A stretch of 64,000 bases of DNA from the NCBI RefSeq assembly GCF_009914755.1, contig NC_060925.1; one strand, given 5' to 3'. A program made the position numbers and the translations under genes. Positions 48,653-63,980 of the stretch are shown here, one piece after another (position 1 is the first letter of the stretch; the number at the start of each line of letters is the position of its first letter). This stretch comes from the human T2T-CHM13v2.0 reference genome, Homo sapiens. The notes under the pieces were generated by a model that saw only the letters and a list, made by a program, of their open reading frames with translations, ran no database searches and was not told where the DNA came from.

Positions 48653-49055
48653 TATTGAAAACTGAAGTAAATTACAGAGTCAAATGAACAATGGAGTATA
48701 TATATAATTTATACATATACACAGGTACATGAATACCTTAGCAAATAAAATTGTCTAAGGTGATCTGTAATATTAAATTGTTGTTTAACAATAAATTAAG
48801 ATCACAAATGGAAACAAATAGGGATGCTGCTATACCTCAGGAATAGCAATAGGAGGAAGCCACGACTATTCATAGGCATAAACAGTCACAAGAAGGGTCA
48901 ATAGAAAAAGGCAAGAACCATAGTTGTAGGAGATGGGCTGTCCAATAGAGGAATGCAGACATTGCTAACCCAGCCCTGACCTATTTCTCTTCCCAGAAAC
49001 CTGACCTCCGGGTTTATCCATGTTGTTACAAATGGCAAATGACAGGATTCCATCC

Positions 49056-49842
<787 letters not shown>

Positions 49843-49899
49843 TTCTTTCCTTTTCTCTTAGAAATGAACATGCTTTAACATTTACTTATGAGTCATGGC

Positions 49900-50495
49900 T
49901 CACATGTATAGCAAGAAAGGGTTTGGTGAACAGGGAAATTCTCAGAATAGGATGAACACAAAAAGGACCATAATGATGAAGTACAGGCAGCACACTCCAT
50001 CTCAGAACAGTCACCAGCCACCAAGGAATTCCCTGATCATCTGAATGGGACTGAAAACAATCCAGTGATTCCCCAGAGGCTCCTGCTCATTGACTCTTTT
50101 CCAGTAGATGACACGCAGAAAAATAGCTAAAAATGGAGGCCCAAAGTAACTAGCCATTGACTCTGCGTAATGGAAGAGTGACCCATTTGGAGATATCTGT
50201 ACCAATGAAACCCAAACAATGTGGTTCAGAGTTATGAGGATGGTAACCTTTAGGCCTAGGTGCCCAGTCTATCCCACTCAATGTAGGAACTGTGAAGCAG
50301 AGGGGATTCCATGTGAAGGGGAGAATAGCAGTTTCTCTCTTGGCCAATTGGGAAGGCTGTACAAATCAGGGCTGATCATCCCTGGCCTCCCCCTGAGAAA
50401 CATGGGCAGCAGCTTCAGGTGGCCACAGAGAATGCAGGCAGCCTTCTTAAAATACTTCTCCATGCTTGATAGGAAGTGCCGGGCAATAACACAGT
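49900..50495 (-). pseudogene. SLC5A (SGLT; SLC5A4/SLC5A1-like) pseudogene fragment, copy 1
   Basis: Minus-strand peptides KAACILCGHLKLLPMFL..PGMIS, LVQISPNGSLFHYAESMASYFGPP..IYWKRVNEQ and ISLFTKP resemble recalled SGLT3 KAACIMCAYLKLLPMFL..PGMIS, LVQVSQNGQLIHYTES..GPP..KRVNEQ and ISLLTKP; frameshifted. Confidence 0.85.
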
Positions 50496-50887
50496 ACCAA
50501 AATTACTTCATCCTGTCTTTTCTGCATGTAAATTGATTTGTTCCCCTGTACTGTTCTAAGGAGCCCAGCACAGGCAATACAGCACACCTACTCAGCTACA
50601 GATTTCCAGTTTTTGTTTCTGCTTATAATAGTTTTGGTATTTTCCTGCAAAGTTCTAAAAATACACTTAAAACTTTTCCTTTGGGACTCGCAATTTCAAA
50701 AAAATAAAATTTTTGGTTCATTACAAAATCATTTTACTTGCCTGTGCTACCCAACTCTTATTTCTCATTATTATTTTCCTTTTGTCTAGTGGTTACGTTT
50801 GTAACTTTTAAAGTGCTTTCTCAAGCTCTATTTCTGGGTCTATCATGTTTATGTATCTATGTACTTAATATTCACAAGGTCCCATAA

Positions 50888-51250
<363 letters not shown>

Positions 51251-51492
51251 AACTCTAACATTGTTTTTAAATGGCTAATTTTCATAGAGTTTAAATGGTT
51301 CTCTGTAATTGTAATTAAGTTGTCCATACTTTGTTTCTATATTGATTTAATAGAATTTTTGCTATTAAGATTGTGTAAATTTCTTTCTCCATAGATCCAA
51401 GACATACATGTGAGTGACCACAGTGAATAAAAATCACATCTGGGAAGTTCCAAGGTAATATTTTTGGGTATCATTTTTTAAAATAAATACTA

Positions 51493-51654
51493 TTTTTTTT
51501 TTTTTTTTGAGACAGGGTTTCTTTCTGTTGCCCAGGTTAAGTGCAGTGGTGCAATCATGACTCACTGCAGCCTCAACCTCCTGCACTCAAGTGATCCTGC
51601 CACCTTGGCCTCCCAAAGTGCTGGGATTACAGGTGTGAGCCACCATGCCTGGCC
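51493..51654 (-). mobile_element. Alu monomer-length element
   Basis: Short antisense Alu with T tract. Confidence 0.8.
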
Positions 51655-54129
51655 AAGTATCATTTTTTAATGTTTATAATCTCTTATATTCTCAAAGTAA
51701 TGTTCATCGTAATTAACTTTATACTTAGCCCTTGTTTTATTGCACAGATTTATTTTTTTTTAGAATTTGTAATTGCCTTTTAAAATTTGTTGTTGATATA
51801 ACTAACATACAATTTCTTTTTGAAATTTTTAAAACTTTTTTCTCTTAAAAAATTTTTTTTGTATTTTCTTTTATTTTTTTCTTTTTCTTCAGGGTAACAG
51901 TTATTAATAACATACAATTTCACCTTCTCACTAACATTGCTAATAATAGGTTCTAAAGTTTCTTAATCATCGCATTTCTTCTACTAAATCCACTTTTATT
52001 TTTTAAAAAGGGAAAGCACTCTTTCAGGGCTTCTTGAAATTCTTTTGTAACTTGAATCAGGTACTATTTATTTCTGCTAAAAATCTGTCATGATATTTCT
52101 CTTTACTGGACCGCTGGACTAGGTCCATAATGGTATTCATGACCTTCTCTAAAATAACTACTGCTACTTTAAGTCAGTTTCTAAAGTTCACAGATCATAG
52201 TGTATTTTTTTAAGATCATTGGGAATTATTTATTTCCAGAATTCATGATTGCAGACATTGTGTGGTCAGCAAATGGTCACAAAGGAAGTACACTGTATAT
52301 ATTCGACCTGGAAGGAAAAACACCGATAAGACAGTGAATTCTTTGGCTTCCTCATCCAGGCCATGCATGTCAGTGCTTCTGTCCCCTTGTTGGTCAGTAG
52401 CTCAGTGTCTAGGCAGATGAAGTTCTTAGAAGGGTGCTGGTCAGCCAGAGATCACAGATATGCAAAAGTTGGCTTTAAAAAAAATTCAGTGTCCCATAAT
52501 TGGATTCTCCACTGCTGCAAACTGTGTGCCACTATGCTATTTGCCTATGCCTGTCCTAGGCTGCTCTTCTAAATTTCCTTTGTCAGTGGCTCTAAGTCTC
52601 TGTCCCACCAACACGGGGCTTCCTTGATTTGTGAGTGGAATTTGCAAGTGTAAATGTGTCCTGTACTGTTTGTTCCTGAGGCATGGTTTCAAGTAAAATG
52701 GCATTTTACAGCCTGCATTAATGGGAAATTACTTTCTATTAGAATTCTGAATAATGTGCACATAATGTTTATAAAGTGAAGGAAAGATGTCAAGCATTTC
52801 ATTAACAAATGAAAGCAAAGCTCACGAGACTCTGCCAGAAGTGAATTCCAAGAATACTTTCTTCATCATTTCTCCTTTCAGCTCACAAATCTGTAGGTTG
52901 GTGATTCAGCCTGGGCAGCTCTTCAGGTCTCAGCTAGGCTCACTCACGGGACTGGGGAACAGCTGGCTATCAGCTGGTGCCTCCTAGGTCTGGAGGTTGG
53001 CTGGGGTGACTTAGTTCTGCTCCAAATGTCTCCCTCCAGCAGGCTAGCCCTGGCATGTTCTCACAGTGAAGGCAGAGCTTCCACTGGAGTACGTGTCTCC
53101 GGGTACTCTTTTTCCCCAAGCTCCCAACATAGGCTTCTTTAGCGTGTTCCCAAGTCCACTTCACAATTTCTCCACAAGATTCCAGTCATTTTACATGAAG
53201 TAGAGAGACAGTCTTGCAGACCCTCTTCTTGGCCATAGGCAGTCACCAGAGTAAGGAAGGGAAGAGGCGAGGAAGGCAACAGGGCCAACTCCTCTTGGTA
53301 AAGCACAAACAGTAACTGGAAAGTACCAACCACAGAGAAGGCAGGAGAGCAACTTCAGGGTGAACATCCCAGGCTCTAGAGAAAAGCAGATGCTGATTCC
53401 AGTCCTAGCTTCTCCACTCACCATGGGCGTTATTTATTCCGCAGCCTCAGATTCCTTGGCGGTGAAATGGGATAATGCTACTAACTACTGCCTTAAGGCA
53501 GTAGTAGTTTGTGAAGATCAAATACAAACATGGTGCTTGGCACAGCAGCTGTTGCAAGTGAACTCAAGGAAATGATGGTTATACTAGGACTTAGGTGGGG
53601 GAATACTATGGGCTTTAAAAGGAATCCCTAGCCTGTGGCTTACACTGCTGGCATTAGGCCAAGGACAGAGATAAACATTTCCCCTGACTTCTTTTCACTT
53701 TCAGAAGTCCACAGGCAACTTGCCCCAGTCTCCTGTCCCCAACACCACTACCCCACCTCAAATCCTGGACCTGGGCACTATATTATACCCACAGCTGTGG
53801 AGCTCTTAGTTCCCCAGGCTGGTTCATACAAGGGGGAACCAGGGACTCGGCCAAGAGGTACCCCTGCTAGGTCAAACGTCTGTGGCCCCTGGGCAGTGAG
53901 TGCTCTGGAGTCCACTGGTCCCTGCCTGGGGCTTGTGCTGGGAGGCAGAGGTGTCAATGATCCCAGCTATTGGCCTGGCGGCCAGCCTGGGGCAAGGAGC
54001 GTTCCAGCCAAGTGTCACCATCACCATTGTTCTGAGAGGCCTGGGCCGGCCCCACAGATGGCCTCTTAGCTCCTCTCCTGGTGCCCTGGGCTCAGGCAGA
54101 GAGCATGGTGCCCAAGCACATAGCCTCAT

Positions 54130-54775
54130 AGTGAATTAATGAAACAGCAACAAAGCAGATAAATTGTCCCACTGGTCCTTTACATAGGTTCTTTCCAACA
54201 GCTTTGGAGAGTGACGGTGTCTCCTCATCTTCATCAGCACAAGATGTCATTCACATTGAACAGTTTTGACAGTAGGTACAACAGGAATGGGTTTAGTGAA
54301 CAGAGGGATTCCCAGGCTAGCCAGGATGGATAAAAGAATGAAAGAGACAAAAATGGTAAAGCTCAGATAGTGCACTCCACTTATTTATTTAGGACAGTCA
54401 CCAAACATCAAGCAGTTCTCTGTTCTATAGGTAAACTCTGTGATCCTATGAATAAGGCTGACCACAAGTTCAGTGAGACCCTGGAGCCCACTGTTGATTG
54501 ACTCTTTTACAGTAGATGGCAAGGAGGACTGTAATCTATAATTAGAGTCTCAAGGTAATGAACAATTTATTCTATGTAACAGAAGAGTGGCCCATTTGGA
54601 GATATCTGTACTAATGGGACCCATATGATGCAATGAGAGTTATCAGGATGAGAAATAACTTTCTAGCTGTAAGGAGCTCCATCTCTCTTTCTCTCATTCT
54701 GATGTCTGCTCAGGGACCTTGGTGTAGAGGTTCACACTGAAGAGAGTGCTGGTGATGTGAAGGTGGTCAGGGAGC
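54130..54775 (-). pseudogene. SLC5A (SGLT; SLC5A4-like) processed pseudogene fragment, copy 2
   Basis: Contiguous minus-strand remnants STLFSVNLYTK, ELL..RKLFLIL, WVPLVQISPNG, LAIYCKRVNQQ, ITEF, GVHYL, LFTKPIP with no introns between them; many stops and frameshifts. Confidence 0.85.
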
Positions 54776-55397
54776 AGGAGAGTCCTCCTTATCACTTATC
54801 CTCTTCAGAATCCACTTACTTTCCCCTGAAGTTGATGATATATTGCCAGCATCTTCTTTTCAGATCTGTAGAATGTGCAGAATGAGGTCACTGTGCACAT
54901 GGTCCTTAGGGGAAGCTGAAGCATCATCCTCATCACTGCTGAGATTCTCCAGAAACCACTCAAGATTACATGAAGTTGACGTATGGGAACCATCTTCTTC
55001 CTTATCCATTGATTTGCCAGATGTTATGCTGAGATCTTTCAGGAGCAGCTGAAGAGTCTTCATCCTTATAGCTACCTTCATAAATGATGTCCAGAGGAGA
55101 ATTGTATTCCATGTTCTTGAGGCTGTCTTGGTCTTCCATGGAACCCTCTCCAATGCCCTGTAATAAGGAAGCTGCTTCAGAATGTCCTCAACAGAAAGAT
55201 TTTCATTTGCTTTTCAGTCCACGCTGACCACAGATGAGGCCTCCTTCTCTGACCTGTCACTTGGAAAATCCCCTACCAGGTCTTCAGCAGAAGCTTCAAT
55301 GAATTGCTCCCCAGTGTGTACTCTGTTATGTGGCCAGATTGTTTTGACCCGCTGCTTGGGGCAGGCAGCATATCTTCTGGACCACTGAAGATATGTT
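54770..55397 (-). pseudogene. Degenerate acidic (D/E/S-rich) tandem-repeat coding-like sequence, unidentified
   Basis: Repeated ~135-bp-spaced units encoding SYKDEDSSAAP / SSDEDDASASP / ISDKEDSPAP; stops and frameshifts present. Confidence 0.5.
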
Positions 55398-57718
55398 TCT
55401 CCCAGATGCGACTATCTGTGGCTAGTGTCACAGGGAGTAGAGGAATTTACCAAGACAGTTGTAGGTAAAGAAAGGCAGGTTTGTTAAAGAAAGTATGAAA
55501 ATGTGTTGCAAGATTGCAATGGGCAGCACAGCAGAGAAGGGGCTGTCTGCAAAGAGGCAGAGGTGGAAGGGAAGTTTTATAGGGTCGTACTGGATGGGGT
55601 TATGTGCAGAACGAGGTCATTGTGTGGAATGAGGTCATCTCTCAGAACAATTATTTATTATTCTTCCCCACCTGGAGCCCTTCCCCACCTGAGGCCCCTT
55701 CCTCATTTTTGCTTACTTATCAGGAATCCACATTCCCCCATGACAGAATAGCAATGACAAATCTTTGGCATTAGGGTAGAGGTCTCATCTCCAACTGCTT
55801 CCTGCTGACCAGGGGCATAGAGTTGACCCAACCTATGGTTTTGGTCTGTCAGGAGACCCTGTGAGCCATTGTCCTGGGCTGTAGGACCTAGGATATTGGA
55901 TCATGCTGAAGGAAAGCATTCATCGGAGAAGGGGAGCATGTCTAGGCAAAACTGGCCTCCAGCTGAGTGGGAGACTCCTAAAGGTAGCAGGTATCATTGA
56001 GGAGATACCAATATCCTGTTCATAGCACCATTTGAAGGTGAAACTACTGAATTCTAGAAGATAAAATTTTGTTTCTTGAGCCAGTTACCAAAAAGGCAAA
56101 GAAAACCCTTCTGTAGTATGACTGTTTTTCCTTATTGGAAGCCCATTTAGATAACTTGGAAGTTGCACTTGATGAAAAAGTGTTTGAATTTAATTTGACA
56201 CAGCATAGGGAGCCAATTTTAGAAAGACTATTATATCTTAATTACATATAGTGTTCCTTTTATGAATTTCACAAATTTTCTCATGATTTACACAGACCAT
56301 CTATGATGTGCCCAGACTTTCTGACTTGTCCTAAACATCCCTCATTCTTAAACAAGCAGTCATTTTACTTTAGGACAAGAATTTATGGTACAAAATCCTT
56401 TCTCGTGCAAAATCTTCATAACCTTCATTACCAAAAATACCTCTTTACCTTTATAACTTTCTTTATGTTTCTCTTATTTCCTGGTTCCTTTTATCTTGTT
56501 TTATATATAACCATTATCCTTTGAATTAGACAAAAGTCATTTTCCTTTTTTTAGGAGTTTATGGTTTATACTATGTGTTGCTGTGTGAGTTCTGTGGAAG
56601 GGAAGCAAATGAGGAGGTTATTTATATATTGTAGAAGTTGTTCCATCAAGAGATTACTCAGTTAGCTTTCTTGCTAGGGCATGTCTGAATAAGTATGGGC
56701 TATTTTAAACCCCTGAGATAAGACTATCTAGGTTGAAGTTATTTGTTAAAGATTTAGGTAGCTTTCCCAGGAGAAATGGGGCTACTAGAAGGAAAGGTGA
56801 ATTCAGAGGCTGGGCAAATATTAAGCAGGCACACATCTTGGAAAGTATGTTTTTGCCCCAAAGGAGTGTGGGGTATTTAGATATTACCAGGGCATGGAGG
56901 GAAAATGGTAACTGATCCCTTACATAGTATAAAGGGGTGTGACTTTTTCTTTTGGAGGGAGAGGGTGCCGCTTGTTCCCATTACCCAACAGGATTTGGAG
57001 GAGAGTTGTTTAGAGAAGGAGATTAGTACAGAGTCACTATAAGTCATTTAGCCAAAATGATAAGTCCAAAATTTTTAAAAGGCAAAAATCTTTACTCGCT
57101 GATAGAGGGGAGACTTAGCTTTCAAAACAGGCTGCAATAAAGACAGCATGAGGACAACTGAATCTGTCTCCTTTTTCTTCCCTCCTTTTTCTGTCATTCA
57201 TTTAAAAGGAAAACAAAATTCTTTCATTTTTGTTTATATTACATGAAAATCTTGTCTAAAAGAGAAAGCCAAATTGCATCTTTGTACTAGTTTTCTATTA
57301 ATGTTAAATCCAATTCTTAGCAAAACCTTATAAACAAATCTGTCCAATCTTTATTAGCTTGACCATAGGGTAAGATTTCCATAAACCTCTTATAACCCTT
57401 TATCGTTTTCTGTTAAACAGCAGATTAATTATCTAAGAAAACTATTATCTGGACACACGGGCCCAGATTCTGGACCTGCATTAGTGTGCTTTTATTTCAA
57501 TTTTCAACCTATGGGAAAACTGAATAATTCCCTTCAAATCTTAGCCAGCTTTTTTATACCCACAGACCTTTTTACAAGATCAGCCCTCCACAACTTACTA
57601 TCTAACTTGCTTAAACCTTCAGTTTTATTCCATTACTCCTGTAGGTTAGGCCAATCCTTAAAACCTCTGAGCAAGACAAAATTACATTCCCTTTAACAAA
57701 AGCCATATTTCCATGCCT

Positions 57719-58020
<302 letters not shown>

Positions 58021-58172
58021 TATTTCCATGCCTCCTTATAACCTCCCACCAAAAACATATTCTACTTTCCTTCTATACTTTTCATGTAAACTGTTTCTCC
58101 AGCAGTCTCAAGTACATGTTACAATGTTAACTCTCAGCAACTTTTATTTTTGGTGAAAAACCTGATGAGTAA

Positions 58173-58471
58173 TTTTTTTTTTTTTTTTTTTGAGACGGAG
58201 TCTAGCTCTGTCATCCAGGCTGGAGTGCGATGGCACAATCTCGGCTCACTGCAACCTCCACCTCCTTGGTCCAAGCAATTCTCCTGCCTAGGCCCCCAAA
58301 GTAGCTGGGATTACAGGTGCCCGCCACCACGCCCAGTTAATTTTTGTATTTTTAGTAGAGACAGGGTTTCACTGTGTTAACCAGGCTGGTCTCAAACTCC
58401 TAACCTCGTGATCCCCCTACCTCAGCCTCCCAAAGTGCTGGGATTACAAGCATGAGCCACGGTGCCTGGCC
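58173..58471 (-). mobile_element. AluS
   Basis: Antisense Alu; TSD atgagtaatttt. Confidence 0.92.
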
Positions 58472-59103
58472 CTCATGAGTAATTTTAACCATGTATAAGA
58501 TTGCAGAACTCAGGACAAGCTGCAGATAATGTCTGACTCTTTCCAGACTAGCCAGGGGACCAGGCTAACACCATATGTCCCCAGGCCTTACCTAGAATCT
58601 AATGGCTATAAAACAAACAAGTCAATTATTAAAAGTCATAGAAGCAGTTTATGGCCTTAAAGCATCTGACAAACAGTATCTGACTGCCTAATTTAGTTTA
58701 AGTGTGTGAACTTTGAAGACATCTTTTATTTACCTTACCAATAATCTTTAAACTGGCTTTTTAAAAGAGTCGTATTAGAGTCACGTGACCTAAAAGGCAT
58801 TAAATTTTTATTTTTCTGACAATATGTTTAAGTGCTTATTTTTCTTTAAGCCAATTAGAATTCTTTTATATAAACACATAAAAATACACAGACAGAAATG
58901 GAGAATTAAGACAAAATTCTATCAACTGAGAAGTTTTTAGAGCAAAAGCAGGGGCTTTAAAAACCAATATCTGTACACATGCAGACCAAATATAAGCTTT
59001 AAGTTGATTTCTAACTATTACCAGATTTCAGTCAGGACAAATGGCTAGTATTTCTGGCTTTTGAATCTTTTACTAAAGGTAATTTATAACATGATATTAG
59101 TAA

Positions 59104-59412
<309 letters not shown>

Positions 59413-60466
59413 CAGAAGAAGACTTAAACACAGACACATGAGCTGTCTCCAAAGAGACGGTCAGTGATTTACAAGATCTAGAATTGCCCCAAAGGTAATT
59501 CAGAGAAAAGAAAATTTCAAGACAGGAAATCAGAAGCTGTTCATGGAGGGGAAAAGAATCAATAAAGGGCAAAAATACCACAAGTATTAAACCACAAAGG
59601 ACTCACATTGAAAGACAAGAATTGAACGCATTGTGAGAGGGCAAAGCCTTAGCCACTTATCTACAGCACAAGGTGACTGCTGTTTTTTCCAGAAGGAGTT
59701 TAAAGCATTTTCAAGCTTGCAAAGGATTTTAACTGCTCAAGATAACTTTCTGAGACTAGCCATGTTGTTGTTATGCATCCTTCTTTTAATTTAACCTTTT
59801 TCTTTTATTGGTCTACCCAGTTCCAATAGTGACCCAATCTAAAAGGCTGTTAACATCCAGATAGTAATTTTCCAGGTTTTTACCATATAAGCAAAAGGTT
59901 ATTTCCAGAAAGGGGTAGAGGAGGTGTCTCCATGACAGACAGCTTTTGAACTCAAAAGGGAAATTTATAATTTTACTTGCTGCCTCCAGAGTTGCCCTTG
60001 GCTTTGTTTTATTGATAATGATGTTTGATTTGGAAGCCAGCTGGAGCAGAGACCCCTACCCCAGCAGAAGGCCATCAGGGGTGTCTGATGGGATTCTGTC
60101 CTGGGGGCCCTTCAGCCCTTAGGGCAGTCCCATTTCCAGTGGCCAAGCTTGTGGCCGAGGGGGCAAACTGTGTAAGGCTTTTCCCCATTTGTCCCATTGG
60201 GACAGTTTGCCTTTCAGTGGCCTGGCCTTCTGCACTGATGGCAGTTACCTGGAGGATATTCTGAGGGCAACCCAGACTGGGCTGGGGGCTCATAAAGCAG
60301 CCAGCAGTTGAGCCTGCCTTTTCTCCTTGTGTTTTCTGTGTTTTTCTTTCCCGTTAGCCCTGTCCTTTTTATTCTGCTCTCAGTTATAAAAGACTGAGGA
60401 GGCTAATTTGAGAATTTCCTGCAAAGGGGCCATGCTGTTAATATATGACACAAGAAAATTAGATGT

Positions 60467-61618
60467 GCCCTATTTTTTCTGCACCTCTGAGCTTACTGTC
60501 TGTCTGGCTTTTTTAAGTTTTAATTTCCAGGACTTGAACTCGCTGCCATGTCCACTAAAGAAGGAAAGATCTTCGTGGGAGGGCTCAACATTAACACCGA
60601 CGAGCAGGTGCTGGAAGACGACTTCAGCAGCTTCGGGCCTGTCTCTGAGGTGGTCATTGTCAAGGAGACTCAGTGGTCCAGGGGTTTTGGTTTCATCACC
60701 ATCACCAACCCAGACGCCATGAGAGCCATGAACAGAGAGTCCCTGGATGGTCACCAGATCCGCGTGGATCATGCAGGCAAGTCTGCTGGGGAACCAGAGG
60801 AGGTGACTTTGGGGCCCATGGGCGTGGTCACAGCTACTCTAGAGGTGGTGGGAACCAGGACTATGGGAGTGGCAGGTATGACAGTTGACCTGGAGGGTAT
60901 AGATATGGATATGGACAGTCCAGAGACTATAATGTCAGAAGCCAGGGTAGTTATGACTGCTACTCAGAAGGAAATTACAGAAGCAATTATGACAACTGAA
61001 ATGTGACATGTGCACATAATATACACAAGGAATAGCTCTTCTGATCCAGGATTGTCCTTCCAAATGGCTGTATTTATAAAGGTTTTTGGAGCTGTACTGA
61101 AACATCTTATTTTATAGTATATCAACCTCTTGTTTTTAAATTGAGCTCCCAAGGTAGCTAGTTAAAGATCTTTTAGACAGCTCCATCTTTGTTTAAAATT
61201 TTTTCTCCTATTTAAAGACAAATTATGGAACATTTGTAGGGTCGGAGTATTTTTCTTTTTGCCAGTTTTTTAGTTTGAGCTGTCAGGATTATTGGATCTA
61301 GCAATAATTGGTTCTGACATTTGACCAGACTGGTTTTTGAAAATTAGTGTGTATCCAGGGACATTTAAAAAACCTGTACACAGTGTTTATTGTGGTTAGG
61401 AAGCAATTTCCAAATATACCTAGAAGAAATCTGCATCAAGAACATGATTATCTAGGGGTTTTCTCTAATTCAGATAACCAAACTGATTATATAGAAGAGC
61501 CGCTTTAAAATGTTTGCAAATGTCTTTTTGTAATACTGGAAGAAAAAATATTGTTTTGTCTCATATAGTGCTTAGGATGTCCTTCACAGAGCTTATTAAA
61601 AAGTTGAAACCAGAAAAA
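60467..61618 (+). pseudogene. RBM3 processed pseudogene
   Basis: ORF 60548 [39 protein letters not shown]...RGFGFIT...[16 protein letters not shown] matches the RBM3 RRM; the RGG tail ([21 protein letters not shown]) is in a shifted frame with a premature TGA. Intronless, ATTAAA 61595-61600 + A tail, TSD aaaattag(a/g)tgt 60455-60466 / 61619-61630. Confidence 0.93.
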
Positions 61619-63152
61619 AAAATTAGGTGTTTCTTTTTGAGAGTCTGAGAGTTAAATTTGTCTTAATGTTTTAGGATGTAGCCCAGAGGTGAGTCTGAAT
61701 AAATAGATGGGGTTTGTCCATGTTGGAACTGGAAAACAATGAGCCACTGGAGGGTAATGTCTGCTGGGGACACGAACCACACTTTCTTTAGGGGCATCCT
61801 GCTGAGGAAAAGGGTTCCACTTACATTGCAGAGGGATACAAGTACACTTTCTAAAGGGGCATCCCACCCCCATTAGAAAGGACCTTTCAGCGCTGGCACC
61901 TTATGCTGGGTGATCAGCCCAGGCATGAGGAAAAAGGGTAAAGAGAGAAAGACAGCCTGCTGCCAGCCCTGGAGAAGGAACAGGAATGGGGACACTCACT
62001 GCTCTGAGGCCACTTGAGATCACCTGATTTGGGAACATCCAGAGCAGGATGTCTGGCTGTCTTCATGGGAGAATTTAGAATTTAGAGTGAGAAAGAGGGA
62101 GTCTGAGTTCCCCAAAACATGTGTGCCAATTGTGCCACACAAAGGGATTGGGGACTTTTAACCAGAAAGGATAGGAGAGGGTCTTCCTCCCTTCTGGGTA
62201 AGGCAGCCAAAGTCTTTCACCCTCTGGCCTTCAGGCTACACCAAGGTGTGGGCCTGGCCAGTTGTGATCAATTGCCAGAGGGATGCTAGAGTTTGTCTGC
62301 TGGAAGGCAGGAAAGGAAAGCAAACTCTGAACTCTTACCTGATCAGGCAGTGGTGGTCAGACATCTTTTCACAGGGACTTTCTGGTCTGCCGAGGAGTGG
62401 CCCCGGCTGGGGACCTTCAGCTGTCTCGGTGCTTGGATGCTGTCACCAAGAGGTCAGAGTTGGAGGACAGGAAAGGGAGTGAGTAGGGGAAGAGGTCCCC
62501 GAACAGTCCCTGTACGGGCCACCAAAACATCACAGGTGTGACTATCTGGGGCTGGGCTGGTGTCGCAGGTGGTAAAGGAATTTACCAAGATAGTTGTAGG
62601 TAAAGAAAGGCAGATTTATTAGAGAAAATATGAAAATACATTGCAAGATTGCAACAGGTAGCACAGCAGAGAAGGGCTGTCTGCAAAAAGGCAGGGGCTG
62701 GAGGGAAGTTTTATAGGGTTGTGCTAGAGGGGGCTGCACATAGAGGTCATCTCTCAGAACAGTTGTTCATTGTTCTTCCCCACCTGGGGCCCTTCCCCAC
62801 CCGAGGCCCCTTCCTCATTGTTGCTTACTTATCAGGACTCCACAACATTTTCATATTCTTGAGGCAAGATTCTGTCCATGAAGAGAGGAAAGGATAAAGA
62901 AAATGCAGTATATATACATAATGGAATGCTCTTCAGCCTTAAAAATTCATGAAATCATGTCATTACAGCAACATGTATGGACGAGGTAGGAAAAATGCCC
63001 CAGAGAATCCACACCAAAGTTTCCTCCTCAGCATCTGCGCCCACAGACAGGAGCTGTTTCTTCCCCGGGATGTTGCCCCAGGTCCTCCTGAAGCTGCCAT
63101 GGTGCTCCCTCAGGAGGGTCCTGAAGGAACTGGAGCTCTTCTCCTCCTCACA

Positions 63153-63676
63153 GGCTGAATAGTATTTCTTTGTGTATAAGTACTACATTTTCTTTATCCA
63201 TTCATCTGTTGATGGACACTTAGGTTGCTTCTATACGCTGTTGTGAATAATGCTGCTTGTGAATAATGCTGCAATAAACATGGGAGCACAGATGTCTCTT
63301 GCACATACTGATTTCATTTCATTTGGATATATACCCAGTAGTGGATTTGTGGCAACATGGATGAACCTGGAGGACACTATGCTAAGTGGAATAAGCCAGA
63401 TACAGAAAGACAAACATGATTTCAATCATGTATGGAATCTAAAAAAGTTTATCTCACAGAAGTAGAGAATAGAATAGTGGTTACCAGAGGCTGAGGAGGG
63501 GAAAGGGAATGGGGGCATAGGAAGCAATTAGTCAAAAAGTACAAAGTGACAGTTAGAAGGAGTAAGTTCTGGTGTTCTAGTCACAGTAGGGTGACCATGG
63601 TTAACAATATTGTATATTTCAAAAAAGCTAGAAGAGAGAATTTTGAATGTTCTCACCACAAAGAAATGATAAATGT
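63153..63676. mobile_element. L1MA 3' region with 5' inversion (63153-63347 minus, 63348-63676 plus)
   Basis: Antisense L1 block abuts a sense block that resumes just downstream in L1 coordinates. Confidence 0.7.
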
Positions 63677-63980
63677 GGCCGGGCGCGGCGGCTCACGGCT
63701 GTAATCCCAGCCCTTTGGGAGGCTAAAGTGGGCAGATCACTTGAGGTCAGGAGTTCAAGACCAGCCTGGCCAACATGGTGAAACCCCATCTCTACTAAAA
63801 ATACAAAAATTAGTAGTGGTGGTGGGCACCTGTAATCCCAGCTACTTGGGAGGCTGAGGCATGATCATCACATGAACCTGGAGGCAGCAGTTGCAGTGAG
63901 CTGAGATGGGGCCACTGCACTCCAGCATGGGCAACAGAGTGACACTCCATCTCAAAAAAAAAGAAAAAGAGAAAAGAAAG
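63677..63980 (+). mobile_element. AluS
   Basis: Alu dimer; TSD aaagaaatgataaatg. Confidence 0.92.

Noticed and set aside
53635-54139. 144-aa plus-strand ORF and overlapping ORFs
   Set aside because: Non-ATG or weak starts, GC-rich, no recognisable family.
54812-54822. GTAAGT donor-like site between the acidic segment and SLC5A copy 2
   Set aside because: It falls inside an acidic repeat unit (KWILK, parallel to EWFLE), so it is more likely coincidental than an exon end.
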